DNA of 64,000 nt from a virus. How positions within the stretch are numbered: the first letter of the stretch is position 1; every line of letters starts with the position of its first letter. A model generated the notes under the pieces. It saw only the letters and a list, made by a program, of their open reading frames with translations, was not told the DNA's origin and did not search any database. Shown in pieces: positions 45,788 to 54,755 of this stretch. Position numbers and translations under genes: made by a program. The DNA lies in the IMG/VR virus record IMGVR_UViG_2630968591_000003, positions 870-64,869 of that record; one strand, written 5' to 3'.

Positions 45788-46746
45788 GCCGATTCTACGA
45801 GCTCTCTCTCACGCCTCAAGGCACCACGACGCCGACGCGGGTCTTCACTTCGCACCCGAAAGGAGTCTACGACCCCGCGGCGCTGGAAATCGAGTATGAC
45901 GCGTTGGTCGGCCCGTACGGCACGCCGAGCGGCGCCTCGACGGTCACGCTTCGCGGAATCTCGCTGAAGGATTTGACCCAGTCGCAGCAGTTCGCCGGCA
46001 TGACGCTCGAACTAAAAGCGGGCATGAAGGCGGGTCTGCCGCTCGTCAATCCGGCGCAGGCCGGGACGATCCTGAAGGGGCAAATTTTCCAGTCGTATGG
46101 AAATTGGGAAGGCGTAGAGCAAACGCTGGATTTCGTTGTCATCCCGGCTACGTTCACGATCGACAATCCGGGGAACTTCGTTCTTAACTGGACCGCCGGC
46201 ACGCAACTTTCCACGGCGCTGCAACAGACGTTTTCGGTTGCCTATCCCAATATGCCGGTGGATATGCATATCAGCAGCGATTTCGTCCAGAACTTCGACG
46301 AGATCCACGTATGCGGCACGCTTGACCAGTTGGCGCAGGCTGTATCGGAAATCACCGAGGGCGTTTTCGATAACCCGGTGACGATCGGCATTCAAGGCGG
46401 CCGGGTCGTCGTTTTCGACAAGACGTTTTTGCCTACGCCGATCCAACTAGCATTTACAGATTTCGTCGGGCAGCCAACGTGGATTGCCGTCAACACGATT
46501 CAGCTAAAGATGGTTGCGCGCGCCGACCTCGTGATGGGCGGAATGGTCCGGATGCCGCAGGGGCTTCAAAACCTGCCAGGCTTCGTGACAACCAGTTCGA
46601 ATTCGTTCCCGTCGACCATCAAGAATCAGACGACGTTTCAGAACAATTTCATCGTGTCCGAGCTGCGCCAGATCGGAAGTTTCCGTTCCGCCGACGCAAC
46701 GCAATGGGTCACGATCGCTAACTGCATCATGAATCCAAATGGCTGA
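45784..46746 (+). CDS. Baseplate hub protein
   Basis: 320 aa between initiator and spike. Confidence 0.65.
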   Translation: MSRFYELSLTPQGTTTPTRVFTSHPKGVYDPAALEIEYDALVGPYGTPSGASTVTLRGISLKDLTQSQQFAGMTLELKAGMKAGLPLVNPAQAGTILKGQIFQSYGNWEGVEQTLDFVVIPATFTIDNPGNFVLNWTAGTQLSTALQQTFSVAYPNMPVDMHISSDFVQNFDEIHVCGTLDQLAQAVSEITEGVFDNPVTIGIQGGRVVVFDKTFLPTPIQLAFTDFVGQPTWIAVNTIQLKMVARADLVMGGMVRMPQGLQNLPGFVTTSSNSFPSTIKNQTTFQNNFIVSELRQIGSFRSADATQWVTIANCIMNPNG

Positions 46747-47443
46747 CAATTACGCGAAGCTTTGGGTTCAGAAGAGCTCGAATCAGTTGGCGATCAACCG
46801 GGCTCAGCAAGCCATCTCGAACACCGGGCGCGCGCTTCCCTGCCGAGTCGTCAGCGTCTCGGGCTCGATTGTCACGGTTGCGTTTGAAGTCAGCGCGGCG
46901 CCGCTGACGCTCCCGAACATCACGATCCCGAAGGCGGAGAGCCCGTGGATCCGGATGCCGACTCAGGTTGGCGACAAGGGCGTCACGATGCCGGCCGACG
47001 CCTACCTTGGCGGCGTTTCGGGGCTCGGCGGTGGCGTAGCGAATCTGACGCGCCCCGGCAACCTTAGCGCGCTCGTGTTCGTGCCGATCAGCAACGCCGG
47101 ATCAGGCCCGATCGATCAGAACGCGGCGCAGGTTCAAGGCCCGAACGGCGCGATCATCCGCACGACGCAGGGCACGAGGTCCGAAATCGTCACGAACACC
47201 GATGGAACGACCGTTACCTTCGGGACGTCGACCATCGTCGTGAATGGAACAGAGACCGCTCTGACGTTCGGCGCGACATCGCTGGTTCTCAACGCGGCCG
47301 GCATCACGATGACGTTCGGCGCAAATACCATCGTGCTGAACGGTTCGGGACTGAGCATCAACGGCGAGAGCTACGAGAACCATACGCACGGATACTTCCC
47401 TGGCACTGGCACGAAGGTTCAAACCGATCCGCCGATCAACTAG
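46739..47443 (+). CDS. Baseplate central spike (gpV/gp45-like)
   Basis: OB-fold N-part (QVGDKG), beta-strand repeats, C-terminal HTH iron-binding HxH motif. Confidence 0.8.
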   Translation: MADNYAKLWVQKSSNQLAINRAQQAISNTGRALPCRVVSVSGSIVTVAFEVSAAPLTLPNITIPKAESPWIRMPTQVGDKGVTMPADAYLGGVSGLGGGVANLTRPGNLSALVFVPISNAGSGPIDQNAAQVQGPNGAIIRTTQGTRSEIVTNTDGTTVTFGTSTIVVNGTETALTFGATSLVLNAAGITMTFGANTIVLNGSGLSINGESYENHTHGYFPGTGTKVQTDPPIN

Positions 47444-47781
47444 CGCTGCGAATACGTGCCCTTGATGCCGTCGTAACGGTCTTCCCACATGCTGAATTTG
47501 TGCATGAAGTCCACTTCCCCGTTGCTCCAGCGGACAGTGATGTAACAGTCGATGCGATGAAGGCCCGGATAGTACTCGTAAGCCGGCGTACCGCCGACGT
47601 TCTTGATAGACGATATCTTCGCGGCGTTGGGACCGAGGTCCAACAGATACGGAATGTTCGACAGTTCCATATCCCGCGCGAGCGGCGCCTCGCAGTTTTG
47701 CGGAATGCCAGCGAGGTCGACGTCTTGTGCGTTGGCCGCCGATGAGACCAGCAAGATAGACAGCAGGGTTATGCGAATCAT
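47440..47781 (-). CDS. Antisense moron: small exported protein
   Basis: MIRITLLSILLVSSAANA|Q; GGAG RBS; two Cys; between spike and wedge genes. Confidence 0.7.
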   Translation of the reverse strand: MIRITLLSILLVSSAANAQDVDLAGIPQNCEAPLARDMELSNIPYLLDLGPNAAKISSIKNVGGTPAYEYYPGLHRIDCYITVRWSNGEVDFMHKFSMWEDRYDGIKGTYSQR

Positions 47782-47812
47782 GGTTTCTCCATTTGCTCTT
47801 TGAGGGATTGAA

Positions 47813-48217
47813 ATGCGTACGTGGGGAAGAATCGCCAATGCCGATGGCACTAAAACATGGGTCAAGGTTGAAACGGATGCGAACGGCTTTGATGACAATT
47901 GTTGGCTGACCACTCTAGCTCAAGCGCTAAAGCTGAATCTGGGAGAGAGCCCATTTTTTGCCAATACGGGCATTCCGCAGATGCAAACGATCGTCACTCA
48001 AGTCCTCCCTGATTTTTACGTAAATCAAATTCAGCAGCAGTTTTCCCCGCACTTCGCATCGCTCACTATCGCGCGCGTACAGGGATCATTCCCGCCGGTC
48101 TATCAAGTGACCGCCGTTTGCCACAACGGGGCGATATTGACTCCCTATGTGGACTCTTCGATCGTTGCTCCTCAACTCGATAACACGTTCACTCTCAATT
48201 CATCGACCCTAGCATGA
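47813..48217 (+). CDS. Baseplate wedge/sheath initiator (gp46/gp25-like)
   Basis: LAQALKLNLGESPFFANTGIP motif. Confidence 0.72.
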   Translation: MRTWGRIANADGTKTWVKVETDANGFDDNCWLTTLAQALKLNLGESPFFANTGIPQMQTIVTQVLPDFYVNQIQQQFSPHFASLTIARVQGSFPPVYQVTAVCHNGAILTPYVDSSIVAPQLDNTFTLNSSTLA

Positions 48218-49128
48218 TCAAACGTCTTGCATTCCTGTTGCTGCTCGCCTGTTCGACGGCGAACGCACAGTTCACCTCAGGTCAGATTCTGACGGCGGCA
48301 CAGCTTAACAATGCGTTTTCGAACGTTCTGTCGCTGTCGGGCGGGGTTCTAAATGGGCCGCTCACCGTCCCGACTCTTACGGTGACGGGTGTCCTCAATG
48401 CGCCGAATATTTCGATCCCGATCTCTGGTCTTTCGCCTGTTGCAGCGAATACGGTGCTCGCGAACGCAACTGGCTCGAGCGCTGCGCCGACAGCATTCAG
48501 CATGCCGAGCTGCAGCAGCTCGAACAGCTCTCTGCAATGGTCAAACGGCACCGGGTTCGTATGCCTGACGGGTGTCGCTCGAACGGGCAACCCGCTGTCT
48601 CAATTCGCCGCGACGACCAGCGCGCAGCTGCTCGGTGTGATCTCGGACGAAACGGGGAGTGGCTCGCTGGTCTTTGGCACGTCGCCGACGATCACAACGC
48701 CGAATATCGTCGGCACGACGACGAACAACAACGCGAACGCGGGTTCGGTCGGCGAGTATCAGTCGAACTCAACCGCAGGAACGTCGCTAACGAGTTCGAC
48801 GGCGGCAAATGCAACGAGCATCACGAACCTGCCGGCGGGAGATTGGGATGTTTCGTGTGCGGTGACGTTCGCTCCGGCAGCCGGGGTAACGCCAACTGTC
48901 CTCGCGGCCGGCATCAATACGACCTCAGCGACTGTGCCGGGGTCTAATCTCGGCGGCTTCGTCCAGCTAGCCAGCGGGTTTCCTATCGCAGCAGCCCAGG
49001 TTTTGGAAACGCCGACCGTGCGTGTGAGTCTCGCGAGTCCGACGACGACGTTTTGCGTAGCGCAATCGACGTTCTCAGGCGGCACGATGACGGCGAACGG
49101 GTTCATCCGCGCGCGGCGAGTTCGATAA
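48214..49128 (+). CDS. Fibre-like protein with signal peptide
   Basis: MIKRLAFLLLLACSTANA|Q; GTTTNNNANAGSVGEY; jelly-roll-like C-terminus; four Cys in mature part. Confidence 0.72.
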   Translation: MIKRLAFLLLLACSTANAQFTSGQILTAAQLNNAFSNVLSLSGGVLNGPLTVPTLTVTGVLNAPNISIPISGLSPVAANTVLANATGSSAAPTAFSMPSCSSSNSSLQWSNGTGFVCLTGVARTGNPLSQFAATTSAQLLGVISDETGSGSLVFGTSPTITTPNIVGTTTNNNANAGSVGEYQSNSTAGTSLTSSTAANATSITNLPAGDWDVSCAVTFAPAAGVTPTVLAAGINTTSATVPGSNLGGFVQLASGFPIAAAQVLETPTVRVSLASPTTTFCVAQSTFSGGTMTANGFIRARRVR

Positions 49129-49156
49129 CCAACACGCAAGTCTTTTAATCAGTCAC

Positions 49157-49180
49157 AAGCCCGCTTAGGCGGGCTTTTTT
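49157..49180 (+). terminator. Intrinsic terminator
   Basis: aagcccgc-ttag-gcgggctt-tttt. Confidence 0.7.
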
Positions 49181-49195
49181 ATTGGCCCGACCTAG

Positions 49196-50620
49196 ATGGC
49201 TACAACCATTAACCCAACGAACATCCCGTTGGTGATGACCGCGGCAGGGCCAACGACCACGCCCGTACAGACTCTGTATCAGAACCTGATCAATTTCGTG
49301 GCGTCGCAGTCGCCCGGCTTCACTGTATTGCCGGCTGGTTTGATCGACGACATCACCGGCACAGACGTCGGCGCACTTATCACCATTGATCAGGCTCGAG
49401 TCGACGCGATCAACTCTGTGACGCCTTTCGGCGCCAACGCATTCATCCTCGCCCAGCTCGGCGCGCAATTCGGCGTTCCGCAGGGCGTGGCGGCCAACGG
49501 CAGCGTCTTTGTGCAGTTCTCCGGGCCGCCAGGATTCGTATTTCAGCCGGGCTTCTTGGTCGGCGACGGTACAAACCAATATTCGCTGCAGGACGGCGGC
49601 GTTATCCAGGCGGGTGGCACCAGCCCTCTCCTGTTAGCTGTATCGACGAACAGTGGAACCTTCGCGATTCCGGCTGGAACGGTCTCGAAAATCGTCACGT
49701 CTGTCCCGAGTGCGTTTGCGGTCACGGTGACGAACCCGGAAGCGGGGACGCCGGCCACGACAACGGAAAGCGTTCAGGACTATCGGGCGCGCGTGCTGCA
49801 GGCTGGCCTCGTCACAGTGACGGGAACGCCGGCGTTCGTTAAGACTCTGCTCGGCAAGGTCACCGGCGTCCAGCAGCGTCTTATATCGGTCAATCAGTTG
49901 CCTGGCGGATGGCAGATCGTCTGCGGTGGCGGCGATGAATTCTCTGTCGCGACGGCGATCCTTCAGAGCGTTCCCGACATCGCGGCGCTTCAGGGTTCTC
50001 AGCTTGGCATCACCGCCATGACGGCAGCGAACCCCGTTGTCATCACGACGAACTTGCCTACTGGATTCAGTGTGGGTCAGACGTTCACGGTGACAGGCGC
50101 AACGCCGACTGCATACAACGTCACCTATACGGTCGGATCCATCGCTGGAAACACGATCACCACGACGACAAACGGCACCGCCTTCGGTGCCTATGTCGGA
50201 GGCGCCACGTTCTCGCCGAATCCGCGCGACGTTGTCGTTTCGTTGTTTCAGAACCCGAACACGTATTCCATTCCGTTCGTCAATCCGCCGCAGCAAAACG
50301 TGACGGCGGCGGTCACGTGGAATACGACGCTTCCGAACTTCACCGCGGGTCCATCGGTTAATCAGTTGGCGGCACCGGCATTGCAGTCTTACCTGAACAG
50401 TATTTTTGTGGGCCAGCCGATCAACCTGCTCGAGATGACGGCCACGTTTCAAAACGCCGTCGCATCGGTTATCGCGGCGCCGAATATCACTACTTTGCAG
50501 TTTGCCGTAGTCATCAACGGAGTCCCGGCAACGCCGGCCGCAGGCACCAGCATTATCCAAGGTGACCCCGAAGGCTTCTTCAACTGTTCCGCGACTGGTG
50601 TGACGGTCACGCAAGGCTAA
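49196..50620 (+). CDS. Baseplate J-like protein with inserted FCCH-like domain
   Basis: G...FQPGFLVGDG, GTTTESVQDYRARV, IVCGGGDE. Confidence 0.8.
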   Translation: MATTINPTNIPLVMTAAGPTTTPVQTLYQNLINFVASQSPGFTVLPAGLIDDITGTDVGALITIDQARVDAINSVTPFGANAFILAQLGAQFGVPQGVAANGSVFVQFSGPPGFVFQPGFLVGDGTNQYSLQDGGVIQAGGTSPLLLAVSTNSGTFAIPAGTVSKIVTSVPSAFAVTVTNPEAGTPATTTESVQDYRARVLQAGLVTVTGTPAFVKTLLGKVTGVQQRLISVNQLPGGWQIVCGGGDEFSVATAILQSVPDIAALQGSQLGITAMTAANPVVITTNLPTGFSVGQTFTVTGATPTAYNVTYTVGSIAGNTITTTTNGTAFGAYVGGATFSPNPRDVVVSLFQNPNTYSIPFVNPPQQNVTAAVTWNTTLPNFTAGPSVNQLAAPALQSYLNSIFVGQPINLLEMTATFQNAVASVIAAPNITTLQFAVVINGVPATPAAGTSIIQGDPEGFFNCSATGVTVTQG

Positions 50621-50624
50621 ATGT

Positions 50625-51530
50625 ATGGCCGACATCGAGTCATTTTCCACGCTGCCGATGCAGCAAATAATTCCATCGTATTTATACCGGCAGTATTCCG
50701 ACGATGTGAATCTTAGGGCGTTTGTTGACGCCTACAACTCGCTGTCTCAAGGGTATCTCTCGTGGTTCACCAGCACGCCGTTAGCGCTCTACACGTCGCC
50801 TAACATCACCGGCCCGCTACTGGACTGGATCGCGCGAGGAATCTACGGTATCCCGCGCCCGGTGCTGTCATCCTCGACGACAAGTAGAGTCGCTGGATAC
50901 GACGCCTACGCCTACAACACGATGCCCTACAACGGGCAGAAGATCTCGTCCTCCGGCTCCGCGGCGCTGGCTTCCGATGACATCTACAAGCGGGTGATGA
51001 CGTGGAATCTGTATCGCGGCGATGGGAAGGTCTTCACGATCGGATGGCTGAAGAACCGGATTAATCGGTTTCTCAACGGCGTGAACGGGACGGATTGGCC
51101 AGTTCAAAACAATCCTCCGTCCATAACCGTTTCCGGGAACATCTTCTCTATCACAGTGTTCTCGACGCCCGAGGCGCAGGCACTTCAGCAGTTATTCGCA
51201 AACAACGAACTGGCTGTGCCGTTCCAGTACGTCTATCAGTTTGTCAACGTCAATCTGATCAATAACGGCGGCATTTTGCAGATGACGCTGCCTCTCAATT
51301 TCCCAACGTCTCCGGATGGACTGGTGCCGGGAGCGCTTTGGTACAACGGCGGCGTCATATCGGTCATCCCTGGCGTCACGCCAAACCCGTCTGCGCCACC
51401 CGTGTTCTTCAGCCAAACGCTTACGCCTCAGGAGTTGCTAACCCTTGGCGGCGGCAATCTACCGCTCACGAATCCGGGCGACGGCACCCTCCAGTTATGG
51501 AATGACGCCGGCGTTATTTCGATTGCCTAA
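50625..51530 (+). CDS. Baseplate wedge subunit (DUF2612-like)
   Basis: GPLLDWIARGIYGIPRP...DDIYKRVMTW. Confidence 0.7.
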   Translation: MADIESFSTLPMQQIIPSYLYRQYSDDVNLRAFVDAYNSLSQGYLSWFTSTPLALYTSPNITGPLLDWIARGIYGIPRPVLSSSTTSRVAGYDAYAYNTMPYNGQKISSSGSAALASDDIYKRVMTWNLYRGDGKVFTIGWLKNRINRFLNGVNGTDWPVQNNPPSITVSGNIFSITVFSTPEAQALQQLFANNELAVPFQYVYQFVNVNLINNGGILQMTLPLNFPTSPDGLVPGALWYNGGVISVIPGVTPNPSAPPVFFSQTLTPQELLTLGGGNLPLTNPGDGTLQLWNDAGVISIA

Positions 51531-51541
51531 AAGGTGTATCA

Positions 51542-52366
51542 GTGGCTATTTTCACATTCGCGAACAACATCAGCACGACGCTGGCGGGCGCCGTCGCGCC
51601 CTCTGATACGTCGCTAACGCTTTCGAGCTCGGCGGGTCTGCCGGCCTCGATTCCTGCCGGCATGTCGTTGGTCATTACCCTCAACGATCAAGCGACGCGG
51701 GACAACTTCGAAGTCATCTATGCGGGCGCTGTCAGCGGAGCGACGCTGAGCAACCTGTCCCGTGGGCAGGAAGGAACGTCTGCGCTCGCGTGGCTAACCG
51801 GCGATTTCGCTTTTAGCGGACCGACCGCAGGTCAACAGCAATCGTTCGGGCAATTGGCTAAGGACAATGACTGGACCGGCTCGAACTCTTTCGAGCAATC
51901 CGTCGACGTAACGGGAGAAGTGACGGCCACTCAAGGCTTTCTCGTGCCGCATAACACGAGCAGCCTCGGCTATCAGCTGAGTTCGACTTTCGGCCCGTTC
52001 TCTGCATTCTTCTGCTCGCCTACCAATCAGGTAATGATTGGCAACACGTCCTTTCCGTTCTTCATTAGAGGCGCAAACGGAGGCAACGTATTTGGCATCG
52101 GTCAGACGCAAATCACCGTTATTCGCACATACAACACGCCCTTCGTTAACAACACGCCCGCTCCGATCATGGTTTCCGCAGCCACTTCTTCAACCGGAAC
52201 GGGATCGATCGGCATCTTTATCAATGGCGTCGAATTCACCAATTCGTCGGCAACATCCTCCGGCCAAGCTTTGTGCGTATGGGCAATTGTGATGCCGGGG
52301 AGCACATACCAATACGTTACAACCGGATCAGTTTCACCAACCGCAACATTCACGGAAATACGATAA
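51542..52366 (+). CDS. Tail fibre protein
   Basis: FANNISTTLAGAV N-terminal anchor; C-terminal small beta domain. Confidence 0.7.
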   Translation: MAIFTFANNISTTLAGAVAPSDTSLTLSSSAGLPASIPAGMSLVITLNDQATRDNFEVIYAGAVSGATLSNLSRGQEGTSALAWLTGDFAFSGPTAGQQQSFGQLAKDNDWTGSNSFEQSVDVTGEVTATQGFLVPHNTSSLGYQLSSTFGPFSAFFCSPTNQVMIGNTSFPFFIRGANGGNVFGIGQTQITVIRTYNTPFVNNTPAPIMVSAATSSTGTGSIGIFINGVEFTNSSATSSGQALCVWAIVMPGSTYQYVTTGSVSPTATFTEIR

Positions 52367-52585
52367 ATGCCGGAAATCTTTGGTCTGCCGCAACCGCTGA
52401 CGGGAAACGAGACGGTAACAATTCAGCAGGTTCAAAACGGGCAGATCGCACTTTGCACGATGCCCCTGTCGCAGCTCACGCAAATCCTCGGTTCGTCCAC
52501 TCAATGGGCGACCAACCTCCCCACTACACGTCCTGATACGCCCGGAATTCTCTGGGACAACGGCGGCGTCGTTTCGATTTCCTGA
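52367..52585 (+). CDS. Small tail-associated protein
   Basis: 72 aa ending GILWDNGGVVSIS, a motif shared with 50625..51530. Confidence 0.6.
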   Translation: MPEIFGLPQPLTGNETVTIQQVQNGQIALCTMPLSQLTQILGSSTQWATNLPTTRPDTPGILWDNGGVVSIS

Positions 52586-52606
52586 TTTCCATCCCCGGAA
52601 AATAAA

Positions 52607-54313
52607 ATGAAAAAGTTTGTTGTTGCGGCACTCTTAGTGCCGCTGACGGCGTTCGCCCAGAGTTTTCCGTCTCCGACATTCAGCTCTCTCACGCTGCAAA
52701 ATCCGCTTAGCTCCGCTAGCGGTGGCACGGGTGCTGCGAATGCTGGGGCAATCTCGGTAGGCGGCGACTTTACGGTCTCCGGCGCCAATCCGGTGACGCT
52801 CACGACGACCGGAACGACCAGCATCACGCTGCCGACAAGCGGCACGCTGCTCAATGGCACCACAGGTGCAACGGCCGGCGCGAACTCCAATATCACGTCG
52901 CTATCCGGACTGACGACGCCGCTGTCGGTTCCGCAAGGTGGGATTGGGAAGAACTCTCTGACGGCACACGGCGTCGCAATCGGCGCAGGTACGTCAGCCA
53001 TCAACGTGACGGCCGCAGGGGCAGCCGGTACGTTGTTTGCCGGCAATGGCGCATCTGCCGATCCGTCCTTCCAGACGTTGAGCTCGCTCGGTATCGCTCC
53101 GCTTGCTTCGCCGGCATTCACCGGAACGCCTTCCGCGCCCACTGCACCACTCGGGACGAACACGACGCAGGTCGCGACGACGGCGTTTGTCGCTAGCCAC
53201 TCGGACTGCGCGTCGATCCTCGATTTCGGCGGAAATAACCTCGGTGCGGCGAACAATGATGCAGCCTACGTGGCAACCATCGTTGCCAACCAGGCGACTC
53301 ATCCCAACAACGTATGCATTTTTTTCCCGGCGGGTACGTACAACTTTGCTAGCCAGGCGGCTTTCGGATTTCCGAACGCGCCCGGTAGCATAACCGTGCG
53401 CGGTGCGGGCGCGGATAATACCGTGCTGAACTGGGCAAATGGCGGCGGTCTTTCGTTCAATTACCTGCTTGCCTCCAATTCCGTACACGTCGATGGATTG
53501 ACCATTGCAAGCGGCGCATTGGGCGTCGGCCAGGGCATTTTCCTAAATCAATCGTCGGCCACGTTTGCTAGCGCTGCACTAAGTACCATCACGAACGTCA
53601 CGATCCGTGGGACGGATGGATACTTCGGGGCCAAATTTTTCGGGATCGGCATCGATATTCGAGGCGTATCTAACGTCAATATCGATCACGTCCAGGCGAT
53701 CGGGCCAGGTACGCCTGCTGGGACTGGGGTTCTCATTGCATCATCGGGAACGCTGCCACTGATCGTTTTCAACCTTAGCAATTCCAGTTTTGACCAGTGG
53801 AACGTCGGGCTTGAGTACGGCAACTTGGTGCAGGGCGTTCAGATGTCCAACATGAACTTCACCAACAATGTCAACGGGGTACGTGCATCGGGTGGATTGT
53901 CTGGACTGGATCAACTTAGTATCGTTGGAAGTCAATTCAACTCTGTTGCCAACGGTTTTAACATCCTTTTGCAGTCTGCCATTCCGAACGTACAAATCGC
54001 AAATAACCTGTTTTTGATCAACAGCAACTCGAGTGGCGTAGACCTTCAAAGCGCTTTGTCGACAACGACCATCACTGGAAATAGTTTCGAATCGAACACG
54101 GGCTCTACGTCTGGCATATTTGGCATTATCGTGAACGGATTTACGAATGGTGGAACGATCATCACCGGAAATTCATTCTTCACCCTAGGCAGTGGCATCA
54201 CCCTGCAGGCGGCATCGAGGAACGTAAATGTTCAATCGAATGTGTATATAAACTGTGTTACGACCGTAGACAATTCCGGTACGAGCAATGTGATCGGCGG
54301 CGGCTCGCCCTGA
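52607..54313 (+). CDS. Tailspike/depolymerase-like beta-helix protein with Sec signal peptide
   Basis: MKKFVVAALLVPLTAFA|Q; fibre repeat APLASPAFTGTPSAPT...TTQVATTAFV; SILDFGG...IFFPAGTY; N/G-rich parallel beta-helix. Confidence 0.8.
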   Translation: MKKFVVAALLVPLTAFAQSFPSPTFSSLTLQNPLSSASGGTGAANAGAISVGGDFTVSGANPVTLTTTGTTSITLPTSGTLLNGTTGATAGANSNITSLSGLTTPLSVPQGGIGKNSLTAHGVAIGAGTSAINVTAAGAAGTLFAGNGASADPSFQTLSSLGIAPLASPAFTGTPSAPTAPLGTNTTQVATTAFVASHSDCASILDFGGNNLGAANNDAAYVATIVANQATHPNNVCIFFPAGTYNFASQAAFGFPNAPGSITVRGAGADNTVLNWANGGGLSFNYLLASNSVHVDGLTIASGALGVGQGIFLNQSSATFASAALSTITNVTIRGTDGYFGAKFFGIGIDIRGVSNVNIDHVQAIGPGTPAGTGVLIASSGTLPLIVFNLSNSSFDQWNVGLEYGNLVQGVQMSNMNFTNNVNGVRASGGLSGLDQLSIVGSQFNSVANGFNILLQSAIPNVQIANNLFLINSNSSGVDLQSALSTTTITGNSFESNTGSTSGIFGIIVNGFTNGGTIITGNSFFTLGSGITLQAASRNVNVQSNVYINCVTTVDNSGTSNVIGGGSP

Positions 54314-54375
54314 TGATCTGTGGCCCGATACAGTCGGGCCGCACCTAAAGTTCACGCATTCAAAACAACACACCC

Positions 54376-54395
54376 AGCCCCGCAAGGGGCTTTTT
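54376..54395 (+). terminator. Intrinsic terminator
   Basis: agcccc-gcaa-ggggct-tttt. Confidence 0.7.
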
Positions 54396-54413
54396 CTTTT
54401 CCTGGACCGATTC

Positions 54414-54755
54414 ATGGATTTCACCGCCGTCGTCGAAGTGGGTTGCGCGGGCTTTGCCGCTGTCAGTGGCGTCTTTGGGTGGCTTTGGCAGCGGTCAGAG
54501 GCGCAGCGAGACAAGACGAGCAAGGAACAGGGCGACGCCATCAAAGAGCAGTCGCTTGCCATCAAGGAACTGAACAAAGCGCTCGACGCGCACAAGCTCC
54601 ACATCGCCGAGACGTACGTGACACAGACCGAGCTGACGAAAGCGGTGGGCAGTCTCGAGCGCTCCATTGAACGCCTTATTGAGGCGGTCAACCAGAACGC
54701 AACCGAAATGCGCGAGGGGTTCCGACTCCTACAACAGACAAAGGCGGACAAGTGA
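54414..54755 (+). CDS. Single-TM coiled-coil protein, possible holin/antiholin
   Basis: N-terminal TM (VGCAGFAAVSGVFGWLW) then coiled coil. Confidence 0.5.
   Translation: MDFTAVVEVGCAGFAAVSGVFGWLWQRSEAQRDKTSKEQGDAIKEQSLAIKELNKALDAHKLHIAETYVTQTELTKAVGSLERSIERLIEAVNQNATEMREGFRLLQQTKADK

Noticed and set aside
48208-48216. Reverse-complement partial match (CCTAGCATG) to the moron promoter motif
   Set aside because: Only 9 bp; about one such match is expected by chance in 64 kb on two strands
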